This document shows positions 33,755-42,168 of a stretch of 64,000 nucleotides of DNA, piece after piece (the stretch's first letter is position 1; each line of letters starts with the position of its first letter). The notes beneath the pieces are model-generated. The model had not been told where the DNA came from. It was given only the letters and a program-made list of their open reading frames with translations, and searched no databases. Location: the NCBI GenBank assembly GCA_965248835.1, contig CBDFLJ010000002.1, positions 896,001 through 960,000 on the forward strand, written 5' to 3'. The DNA comes from Alphaproteobacteria bacterium. GTDB lineage: Bacteria; Pseudomonadota; Alphaproteobacteria; MPNO01. The position numbers and the translations under genes are program-made.

Positions 33755-34870
33755 TCACACCGGGAAGGCGAGCGCGTCCTTCGGGATGGCGGTCCGCTTG
33801 CCCCCGCGCTGGGCTAGGAAGGCAGCCTTGATCTGGCGGCGGAGCTTGACCGTCTCCTGATCGACGTTGAACAGGAACTCGTTCTTGCGCGCGTCGACCA
33901 GGCTGCCCTGGGCGGCGGCGATGACCGCGTCCTCGGCGGAGACCTGGCGGGCGCGAGGCTGGGCGACCTCGTGGAAGAACCTTGTCAACCGCTCTCGCTC
34001 GGCCGGGTCTTTCGCCCGGAAGCTCGCGAAGCGGGTCACCAGCGTGCGCTCGGCGTCGATCGGTATCTGCCAGACCCGGACGATATAGGGATCGAGCTCC
34101 GATCTGGGCTGGATCGGGTTGGTCGAAAGACACGGCAGCACGAACCGGTCGCCCTTGACGTCGGCGAAATGTCCCTGACCGATCGGATTGCCCGCTGCAT
34201 CGGTCGCCACCGCGCGGATACCGTAAGAGGTGTCGAGGATCTTGACCCGCCGCTCGGCCAGCGGGGCGACGGCCTCGCCGTCCGCGGCGGCGACCGACTG
34301 CGATCCGGCATGAAGGGTGACCGAGTGATAGGCATCCTGGCCGTCGAGCGTCAGCAGCCAGTTCGCCTGCCAGATCTCGGTCGGGAAGCGGAACCAGATG
34401 AAGTTCCGCTCATCCAGCAACTCTTCGGGGACCTCGTCTTCCAGCGGCGGCGGCGGAAATTTCTCGGCGTCGCCGATATAGACCCAGATGTAGCCGCCGA
34501 GCTCCTCGGCCCGGAAGGCGCGGACCGCGATCTCCTCGCGCAGCCGGCTGTCCTCGGGCTCCCACGGGATCAGCGCGCAACGCCCGTCGCCGTCGAACCG
34601 GATGCCGTGGAACAGGCACTGCAGCCTGCCGTCAAGCACCCGGCCGATGGCAAGCTCGGCGTTGCGGTGCGGGCAACGGCCATGGACCGCGCAGACCTTC
34701 CCGGCCGCGTCGCGCCACAGCGCCAGCTCCTCGCCCAGCAAAGCAACGCCGATCGGCTCATCGCGCCCCAGCGCGTCCGAATGGGCGATCGGATACCAGT
34801 AGTTGCGCAGCCCGACCTCCAGCCCCTCCGGCACATCCGGGACGATCTCCTTGATCTCGGCTTTGCTCAC
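33755..34870 (-). CDS. Rieske oxygenase alpha subunit (VanA/phthalate-type, no beta subunit)
   Basis: GGAGG then GTG 34870; GLRNYWYP, CPHR..CLFHG, NW...DAYHSVTLH. Confidence 0.87.
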   Translation of the reverse strand: MSKAEIKEIVPDVPEGLEVGLRNYWYPIAHSDALGRDEPIGVALLGEELALWRDAAGKVCAVHGRCPHRNAELAIGRVLDGRLQCLFHGIRFDGDGRCALIPWEPEDSRLREEIAVRAFRAEELGGYIWVYIGDAEKFPPPPLEDEVPEELLDERNFIWFRFPTEIWQANWLLTLDGQDAYHSVTLHAGSQSVAAADGEAVAPLAERRVKILDTSYGIRAVATDAAGNPIGQGHFADVKGDRFVLPCLSTNPIQPRSELDPYIVRVWQIPIDAERTLVTRFASFRAKDPAERERLTRFFHEVAQPRARQVSAEDAVIAAAQGSLVDARKNEFLFNVDQETVKLRRQIKAAFLAQRGGKRTAIPKDALAFPV

Positions 34871-34956
34871 TTGCCAGGCCCTCCAGCCGGGTCGCAACGC
34901 GGCACCTGAAGCGCTATCGTCGTCCAAACGCCCTGCATCGGCAAGCGGACGGGGAC

Positions 34957-35877
34957 TTGGGCACGAACCTCGATATCATCATCGTCGGCGGCGGCATCGC
35001 CGGGCTGACGGCGGGGCTGCAGTCGGCGCGGCTCGGGCTGTCCTGTCTGGTGCTTACCGGCGAGATGCCCGGCGGCCATCTGCTGAGCATCGGCCGGATC
35101 GATGGCTATCCGGGATTTTCCGACGGCGTTGCGGGCTACGATTTGTGCCCGGGGATCCAACTCGAGGCCGCGGACTGCGGCGCGGCCTTCGCCGCGGCCT
35201 CGCTCGAGACCTTGGAGGTCGGCGCGAACGGGGTCGTCGTCTCCACCGGACGGGACAGCTATGCCGCCCAGGCTGTGATTCTCGCCACCGGGACGCGATT
35301 CAGGACGCTCGGCGTCCCGGGCGAGGACCGGCTGCGCGGCAAGGGTGTCAGCCAGTGCGCAAGCTGTGATGCGCCGTTGCTGCGCGACCGTGTGGTCGCG
35401 GTCGTCGGCGGCGGCGACTCGGCCCTGCAGGAGGCGCTGACGCTCGCCGAGTTTGCCGAGCGCGTGGTGATCGTTCATCGCGGCGCTGCCCTCGGCGGGC
35501 AGCAGGCCTACCGCGCGCGCATCGCGGCTCACCCGAAGATCGAGGTGCGGCTCGGCACCGCCGTGGAGGAGATTCGCGGCGAGGAGGCGGTCGGCGCCAT
35601 CACACTCACCGATGGCGATCTGGAGGTCGCCGGGGTGTTCATATACATTGGCCTTGAGCCGAATACCGGCCCTCTGCGCGGCCTCGTCGGGCTCGACGAG
35701 GCGGGGCACATCCCGACCGGCGTCTCGATGGCCACCGGTCTCAAGGGGGTTTTCGCGGCCGGGACGGTGCGGGCCGGGGCGGCCGGACGGGCGGCGGCCG
35801 CGGCAGGCGATGGCGCGGCCGCTGCGATTGCTGCCGCGCGGTATCTGAAGAGCGGCGTTTGGGAGGATCTCGAATGA
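34957..35877 (+). CDS. Thioredoxin reductase-like FAD/NADPH oxidoreductase
   Basis: GGGIAG, ILATG, GKGVSQCASCD redox CxxC, VVGGGDSA, VHR; C-terminal AAGD motif reads AAGT. Confidence 0.88.
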   Translation: MGTNLDIIIVGGGIAGLTAGLQSARLGLSCLVLTGEMPGGHLLSIGRIDGYPGFSDGVAGYDLCPGIQLEAADCGAAFAAASLETLEVGANGVVVSTGRDSYAAQAVILATGTRFRTLGVPGEDRLRGKGVSQCASCDAPLLRDRVVAVVGGGDSALQEALTLAEFAERVVIVHRGAALGGQQAYRARIAAHPKIEVRLGTAVEEIRGEEAVGAITLTDGDLEVAGVFIYIGLEPNTGPLRGLVGLDEAGHIPTGVSMATGLKGVFAAGTVRAGAAGRAAAAAGDGAAAAIAAARYLKSGVWEDLE

Positions 35878-37508
35878 GCGAACGGCTTGCGGTTCACGAC
35901 CCGCGCGGCAACCCGCCGAGCGTCACCGGCACCCGGCTCGCCCCCAGGCTGGAGAGCCTCGACGGCAAGGTGATCTACCTGGTCGACTGCCTGTTCGACA
36001 ATTCGGACACCTTCATGCGCGAGCTCAAGGACTGGTTCGGCGGCCACCTGCCGGCTGTCGAGACCCGGATCATCAAGCCGCGCGAGAGCTGGGTCGACGA
36101 TCCCGACATGCGCAATCGGATCGAGAACGACGGCGATGGGGCGATCCTCGGGGTCGGGTTGTGAAGCACCTGTAGCCCGACGGTCGTCGGGCTGGCATTG
36201 GATCTGGAGCGGGCCGGCGTCCCGACGGTTCCGGTCCACACACATGTTTTCGACCGGCTGGCGAAGTCGGTCGCGCTGGCCAACGGCATGCCGACCGCGC
36301 GCCAGGCGTTCGTGCCCCAGCCCGTGGTCGACCGAACGTCGGCCCAGCTCCGGGCCTATATCGAAGGGGCCGATCCGGTTTCCGGGCGCCCGTTCGTGCG
36401 CGAGGTGATCGAGGGGCTGACCCGCCCGCTCGACACGGCCGACCTCAAGGGCGTGTCGTTCGAGCGCAGCACGCCACGGTTGATCGAGCCCGACACCGAG
36501 GACAAGCTGCAGTCCTTGTTCGTCCAGGACCATTGGACGGACAATCTGCCGATCGTCCTGCCGACCGAGGCGCGGGTGGCCGCGATGCTCGAAGGGACCA
36601 GCCATGCCGCCGATGAGGTCGTCGGCACGCTGCGGCCGACCGCCTATCGCGAGGCCTGGGAGTTCACCGTCGAGAAGGCCGCGGTCAACGCGGTCATGGC
36701 CGGTGCCAGGCCGGAATACCTGCCGGTCATCCTGGCGCTGCTCGCCAGCGGCCAGACGGCGCGGTCCTCCAGCACCAACTCGTTCGCGGTCATTTCGGTG
36801 GTCAACGGCCCGATCCGTGCCGCGCTCGGCATGAACGACGGGATCGGCGCGATGGGCCCCTACAACCATGCCAACGCGACCATCGGGCGGGCCTACAATC
36901 TGGCTTCGATCAACCTCCAGGGCGGCTCGGTGCCGGGCGACACCTACATGGGCTCGCTCGGCAACTGGTACAATTATTCCGCCACCTTCGCCGAGGCCGA
37001 GGAACGCAGCCCGTGGGCGCCGTTCCACGTCCAGCAGGGGTTCGCGCCCGGCGACAGCACCGCCAGCGTCTTCTTCGGCGGCTGGTACACCCATGCCGGC
37101 TACGGCCCGCGCGAGACGTGGCAGGAAAATTTCAGACGCTCGCTGGCCGGCTGCGAGCACCATTTCCCGCCGCTGTTCGTCATCGATCCGATCTGCGCGC
37201 GCGGGCTGGTCGATCTCGGTTTCGACACCAAGGAGAAGCTGATCGACTGGCTGTCCGACAACGCCCGGCTGCCGGCCCGCGAGTATTGGGACAACCAGTG
37301 GGTCCAGACACTGGTCCACCCGCTGGCGGTCGCGGGCATCGAGCCTTTCGCAGGCAGGCTCGCCGCGGCTCCGGACGAGGCGATCCGGATTTTCGAGCCG
37401 TCCGACATCCATGTCGTCGTCGCCGGCGGCGAGACCCAGGGCGCCTGGAAAATGATCGCCGGGCGCTACGGCCCCAACGCGACGGTGTCGGTCGACGCCT
37501 GGCGCTGA
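35874..37508 (+). CDS. Predicted selenoprotein, 544 aa, Sec97 in UxxC (UGSC-like domain fused to an uncharacterised domain)
   Basis: Same-frame ORFs joined through TGA 36162-36164: ILGVGL-U-STCSPTVV..LERAGVPTV; SECIS-like hairpin downstream; ATGA overlap with the TrxR-like gene. Confidence 0.85.
36174..36193 (+). promoter_or_regulatory. Bacterial SECIS-like hairpin
   Basis: Perfect 8-bp stem AGCCCGAC/GTCGGGCT with GGTC loop, 17 nt between UGA and loop. Confidence 0.8.
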
Positions 37509-37554
37509 GCCGCGCACAGATTCGGGCGCGATGGCCATGGCCGTCGCGCGGCGG

Positions 37555-38631
37555 TCATTGCGCGGCTTCGTCCTCGTGCGCGGCCAGGGCGGCGACTTGA
37601 GCTTCGGCCTTATCGGCCATCAGCTTGCGCACGCGGGTCAGCCCGACATCGTGGTCGTAGAGGTGTTCGCGGGAATCGGCGTCCGGATCGATGGATTCCG
37701 CGACCAGCCGGTCCTGCTCCAGCACGTCCCAGTGCCGCGCTTCCAGCCGGTTCCTGTAAAGAAAGCGCCAGACGTCGCGCTGCCAGCCCGAAACCTTTCG
37801 GTGGCGCCAGAAGAAGCAGGCCGAACTTCCCTCGTCGATCGGGGTGATGTGGAAGACGATGCCGAAATTACCGCCCGGCCCGCCGGTGTCGGGGTAAGGG
37901 ATCTCCAGGCAGACGGCCTGGAAGTCGCGGTCGTACCACTCCGACCAGTCGAAGTTGAGGTCGCGCTGGCCCTTCTTCTCGAAGACGAAGCCGGTCGCGG
38001 TCTTGCGCATGCGGAAGGAAGCCTGATCCGCACCTTCGGCCATGGAATGGGAGACCCGGTGCAGGAATGCGCCGTGCATCGGGTCCATGTTGTTGTCGAT
38101 GATGTAGCGGTAGGGGCAGCGCCATTCGGCGTAGCACAGGAAGACGCCATATTCCTCGCTGCTCAGCCTCTCGGGCGGGGTGAACGGCGCGGGGTTCGCA
38201 TGGAGCGCATCGCCGTACCAGGCGAAGATCGCCCCGCGGTGCTCGATCGCCGGGTAGGTGCGGACGGCGCGGCAGCCGATCAGATCGGAGCCGGGCTGGC
38301 CGGGCAGCGCGGCCACAATGCCGTCGCCGGTGATCTCCGCGCCGTGATAGAGGCAGGTCAGCCGGTCGCCGTCATGGCGGGCGATCGACAGCGGCGCGCC
38401 GCGGTGGGGACAGCGGTCGTCCTGAAGATGGACCGCGCCCGCGTCGTCGCGCCACAGCACCAGCTTGCGGTCCCAGCGCCGCAGCGCGACCGGCCGTGCG
38501 CCCACCCGAGCCGAAGGGCAGATGCCGTACCAGCGGTTCCGGAGCCCGGTCGCCAGCAGCGTCCTCGCGTCCTCGCTCGCCCGGTGAAGCGGGTTAGCCG
38601 TCGCCGCCGCCCAGCCGGCGCATCTCCGCAC
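37555..38631 (-). CDS. Rieske oxygenase alpha subunit (start uncertain, GTG 38631)
   Basis: GLRNRWY, DRCPHRGAPLS..CLYHG, DNNMDPMHGAFLH, VLEQDR; track start 39165 is over-extended. Confidence 0.85.
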   Translation of the reverse strand: MRRCAGWAAATANPLHRASEDARTLLATGLRNRWYGICPSARVGARPVALRRWDRKLVLWRDDAGAVHLQDDRCPHRGAPLSIARHDGDRLTCLYHGAEITGDGIVAALPGQPGSDLIGCRAVRTYPAIEHRGAIFAWYGDALHANPAPFTPPERLSSEEYGVFLCYAEWRCPYRYIIDNNMDPMHGAFLHRVSHSMAEGADQASFRMRKTATGFVFEKKGQRDLNFDWSEWYDRDFQAVCLEIPYPDTGGPGGNFGIVFHITPIDEGSSACFFWRHRKVSGWQRDVWRFLYRNRLEARHWDVLEQDRLVAESIDPDADSREHLYDHDVGLTRVRKLMADKAEAQVAALAAHEDEAAQ

Positions 38632-39214
38632 CGAAGCTCGCCTCGGTCCACGGCTTGCCGTCCGGCGCCGCGATGCCGAGCGCGTTGAGCCCGGCGGCGA
38701 TTTCCGCCAGATCCTGGACGCCGCGCCGGAACAGCTCCTCCAGCGCATCGCCCAGCCGGTTCTCGGCCTCGTCCGGCTCTCCGGCACCGGATTGCCGGGG
38801 CTCCAGGGAGAGCCCGTTGTGGGGCAGGCGCGGGTGATCGCCGCCGCCGGCTCGGCTGTTGACCGGCCCGTCGGGGTCGGCCCAGGCCGTGCCGCGGGCC
38901 TTCGCTTCGCGGGCCAGGCGTTCGCGCACGCCGATGAAATCGTAGCTCGGATAGGTCTCGGTGCGGAAAACGCCCCAGGCCGATCGCTCCAGCTCGACGT
39001 TGACCGCCTGCAGCCTGGAGGGCGGCAGGCGTAGGGTGAGGATCTGGCCGACTCCCATGACCACGTTCCACGACACGATCTCGACGCCTTCGGGCGGGAA
39101 GCGCCCCCACCAGTCGCGCTCGTCGAGCTTGGCCTGAAACTCCTCCAGGCGCTGCGACTGGTCATGGCGCAGGAAGACGGTGAGCAGGATCTCCTCGCCC
39201 TTGATATCGTCCAT
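38594..39214 (-). CDS. Two-domain protein: uncharacterised N-domain plus recombinase-like HTH domain
   Basis: N: LLTVFLRHDQS..FPPEGVEIVSWNVVMGVGQ; C: ENRLGDALEELF..AAGLNA..PDGKPWTEASFGAEMRRLG. Confidence 0.65.
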   Translation of the reverse strand: MDDIKGEEILLTVFLRHDQSQRLEEFQAKLDERDWWGRFPPEGVEIVSWNVVMGVGQILTLRLPPSRLQAVNVELERSAWGVFRTETYPSYDFIGVRERLAREAKARGTAWADPDGPVNSRAGGGDHPRLPHNGLSLEPRQSGAGEPDEAENRLGDALEELFRRGVQDLAEIAAGLNALGIAAPDGKPWTEASFGAEMRRLGGGDG

Positions 39215-39471
39215 CAACGGTCTCCCGATTTCTCGTGCGCCAGCTTCGCACAGTCCGGCGTCTCGAGCAGCGGCCTCGTGTCCAGGCGTCGGCGCACGCC
39301 GCAGAACCGCCGGACCCGGCCATCCTCTTTCATACAGCGGTGAAGTACGCGAAGCGGTCCGGTTTCGCCGTCAAGACCGGCGGCCGGCGCTGTCCACCGA
39401 CCGGGCGGCGGTTTGACAAGCCCACCGCAGGGCTTGCATGCTCGCTTTCCAATAAAGCAAGGGAGAGGACG

Positions 39472-40551
39472 ATGAGGTTCAGCGGACGACGAGCGCCGGC
39501 TCTTCTGGGCGCCGCGCTGGCGGCGGCGATTGCGGTTCCGGCCGCGGCCGAGACCGTCAAGGTCGGGATGCCGATACCGGTCACGCTCACCGATCTCGGC
39601 TATTACGCGTTCGGCGAGGAACTCGGGTTTTTCAAAGAAGGCGATATCGATCTCAGGATCATCGTCTTCAAGGGCTCGGGCAAGATGGTGCCGCAGGTCG
39701 CGACCAAGAAGCTCGACATCGGCTGGGCTCTGCCCGGTGCGCTGTTCAAGACTTACCAGCCGGGGCGCACCCGGCTGCCGGTGGTCTATTTCTACAACAT
39801 CATGCCGACCTGGACGCTGCAGCTCTCGGTGCTGGCGTCTTCGAACATCAAGACGGTCGCCGACCTCAAGGGCAGGAAAATCGGCATCGGCGCGCTGACA
39901 TGGGGCACGATTCCGATGCTGAAGGCGCGGCTCAAGGACGCCGGGCTCACGGTGGGCGAGAATGTCGAGCTCGCCGCGGTCGGCATCCTGGGCTCCGGGT
40001 TCCTCGCGCTCAAGCGCGGCCGGATCGATGCGCTCGACTACAACAACACCTGGCAGGACCTGCTGGAGCTGTCGGGCACCAAGATCCGGCGCCTGCCGAT
40101 CAAGGAGAAGTTCCATAACCTGTTCACCAACGGGTTCATGGCCCACCGCGAGACGCTGGCTCCCAAGCGCGACATGCTGGTGCGGTTTGCCCGCGGTATG
40201 GCCAAATCCTCGATCGCTTGCCAGGAGAACCCGGCCGCCTGCGTGAAGGCATTCTGGCGCAAGCACCCGAACATGAAGCCCAAGGGCGATGAGGCCAAGA
40301 CGCTGCCGGCCTCGGTCAAGATGGTCAACAACCGGCTGGCGCTGATGAACGTCGGGCCCAAGGACATGGTCGGCAAGATGGGCCACTGGCCGCGCAAGTC
40401 GTTCGAGCACTACGTCAACGCGTATTATGAGAGCGGCTGGATAACGACCCGCGATATCGAGATCGACAAGATGTACACCAACGAGATGATCGCCGACATC
40501 AACGGCTTCGACGAGGGCGACGTCAGGGCGAAGGCGCGCGCGGCGAACTGA
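39472..40551 (+). CDS. NitT/TauT-type ABC transporter substrate-binding protein
   Basis: Signal peptide, ELGFFKEGDID, IKTVADLKGRKIG. Confidence 0.85.
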   Translation: MRFSGRRAPALLGAALAAAIAVPAAAETVKVGMPIPVTLTDLGYYAFGEELGFFKEGDIDLRIIVFKGSGKMVPQVATKKLDIGWALPGALFKTYQPGRTRLPVVYFYNIMPTWTLQLSVLASSNIKTVADLKGRKIGIGALTWGTIPMLKARLKDAGLTVGENVELAAVGILGSGFLALKRGRIDALDYNNTWQDLLELSGTKIRRLPIKEKFHNLFTNGFMAHRETLAPKRDMLVRFARGMAKSSIACQENPAACVKAFWRKHPNMKPKGDEAKTLPASVKMVNNRLALMNVGPKDMVGKMGHWPRKSFEHYVNAYYESGWITTRDIEIDKMYTNEMIADINGFDEGDVRAKARAAN

Positions 40552-41361
40552 ATGGCAGCGACCGGAACCGGAGTGGCCGCCGCCGCGTCGACCGCGGAGT
40601 CCGCTCCGGTCCTGGCTGCCGAGGGCCTGTCGCTGGTCTATCAGACCCGCCGCGGAACGATCACCGCGCTTGAGGCGCTCGACTTGGCGATCGGCCGGGG
40701 CGAGTTCTTTTCTTTGATCGGGCCGTCGGGTTGCGGCAAATCGAGCCTCCTCAAGGTCGCCGCCGGACTGCTGCCCCAGACCACCGGCACGATCACGCTC
40801 GACGGCATCGCGGTGACCGGGCCGCGGCGCGAGGTGGGCGTGGTCTTCCAGCGCCCGACGCTGCTGCCCTGGAAGACGGTCACCCAAAATGTGCTGCTGC
40901 CGGCCGAGACGCTGCAGCTCGACATGGCTGGCGCCAAGAGCCGTGCGGACGAGCTGCTCAGGCTGGTCGGTCTCGGGGAGTTCGCCGACAACTATCCGAA
41001 CGAGCTTTCCGGCGGTATGCAGCAGCGCGTCGGCATCGCCCGGGCGCTGATCCACGACCCGGCGGTGCTGCTGATGGACGAGCCGTTCGCCGCCCTCGAC
41101 GCCCTGACCCGCGAGCACATGATGATGGAGCTCCAGGACATCTGGCTGTCGACCGGCAAGTCGGTCCTGTTCATCACCCACTCGATCCCCGAGGCGGTGT
41201 TCCTGTCCGACCGGGTCGCGGTGATGTCGCAGCGCCCCGGCCGGATCATCCGCGAGCACGTCGTCGAGATAGCGCGCGCGCGCGATCTGGCGACGATGGT
41301 CGATCCGCAATTCAACCAGACCTGCAACGAGCTTCGCGCCGAGCTCACGGTCGATCTGTAG
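40552..41361 (+). CDS. ABC transporter ATP-binding protein (NitT/TauT)
   Basis: GPSGCGKS, LSGGMQQR, LMDEPFAALD, FITH. Confidence 0.93.
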   Translation: MAATGTGVAAAASTAESAPVLAAEGLSLVYQTRRGTITALEALDLAIGRGEFFSLIGPSGCGKSSLLKVAAGLLPQTTGTITLDGIAVTGPRREVGVVFQRPTLLPWKTVTQNVLLPAETLQLDMAGAKSRADELLRLVGLGEFADNYPNELSGGMQQRVGIARALIHDPAVLLMDEPFAALDALTREHMMMELQDIWLSTGKSVLFITHSIPEAVFLSDRVAVMSQRPGRIIREHVVEIARARDLATMVDPQFNQTCNELRAELTVDL

Positions 41362-41379
41362 CACGTTCGGGAGGCTGGC

Positions 41380-42168
41380 ATGCCTGACAGGTTCAGGACA
41401 GCGCTTTATCCGCTGATCACGGTCGCGGTCATCGTCGTCGCCTGGGAGCTCGCGATCCGCGAATTCGCGATCGAGGACTATATCCTGCCGCACCCGTGGC
41501 TGGTGGTGACCTCGATCGTCGACGGGTTCCGCCAGGGCGGCTTCATGGCGCATTTCTGGGCGACCGCCGAGGCGACGGTGCTGGGTTATGTCCTGGGCTG
41601 CGGGCTCGCGTTCCTGATCGGCGTCGCCGTGGCCGAATCGGTGACCTTCGACAAGTTCGTCTACCCTTGCGTGGTGGCGTTGCAGTCGATGCCCAAGGTC
41701 GCGCTGGCGCCGCTGATCCTGGTCTGGTTCGGCCACGAGATTGAATCGCGGATCATCATGGTCGGGCTGATCTGCTTCTTCCCGATGTTCGTCAACACCG
41801 TCGTGGGCATCCGCCAGACCGACCCGGAGCTGATCGATCTGTGCAAGGCGTTCTCGGCCTCGCGGCGTTACGTGTTCTTCAACGCCAAGCTGCCTTCGGC
41901 GGCGACCGAGATCTTCGCCGGCCTCCAGATCGGCGTGGTGCTGGCGTTGATCGGCGCGGTGGTGGCCGAGTTCGTCGCCTCCGAGCGCGGGATCGGCCAC
42001 ATGATCGATTCGGCCGCGGTCAGCCTGACGGTCTCCAACATGTTCGCCGGCGTCATCATCCTCGCGGTCATGGGCGTGGTCGGCACTGCGGTGGTGCGCG
42101 CCCTGCAGCGTCGCGTCGTCTTCTGGGAGGGCGGTTCGGCGCGGGTCAACTTGGAGCAGGCCTCATGA
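41380..42168 (+). CDS. ABC transporter permease (NitT/TauT)
   Basis: PKVALAPL..WFG, FFP, GAVVAEF. Confidence 0.92.
   Translation: MPDRFRTALYPLITVAVIVVAWELAIREFAIEDYILPHPWLVVTSIVDGFRQGGFMAHFWATAEATVLGYVLGCGLAFLIGVAVAESVTFDKFVYPCVVALQSMPKVALAPLILVWFGHEIESRIIMVGLICFFPMFVNTVVGIRQTDPELIDLCKAFSASRRYVFFNAKLPSAATEIFAGLQIGVVLALIGAVVAEFVASERGIGHMIDSAAVSLTVSNMFAGVIILAVMGVVGTAVVRALQRRVVFWEGGSARVNLEQAS

Noticed and set aside
35859-37508. Two separate hypothetical proteins, or a nonsense pseudogene
   Set aside because: Same frame, UxxC context and an adjacent SECIS-like hairpin favour a single Sec-containing gene
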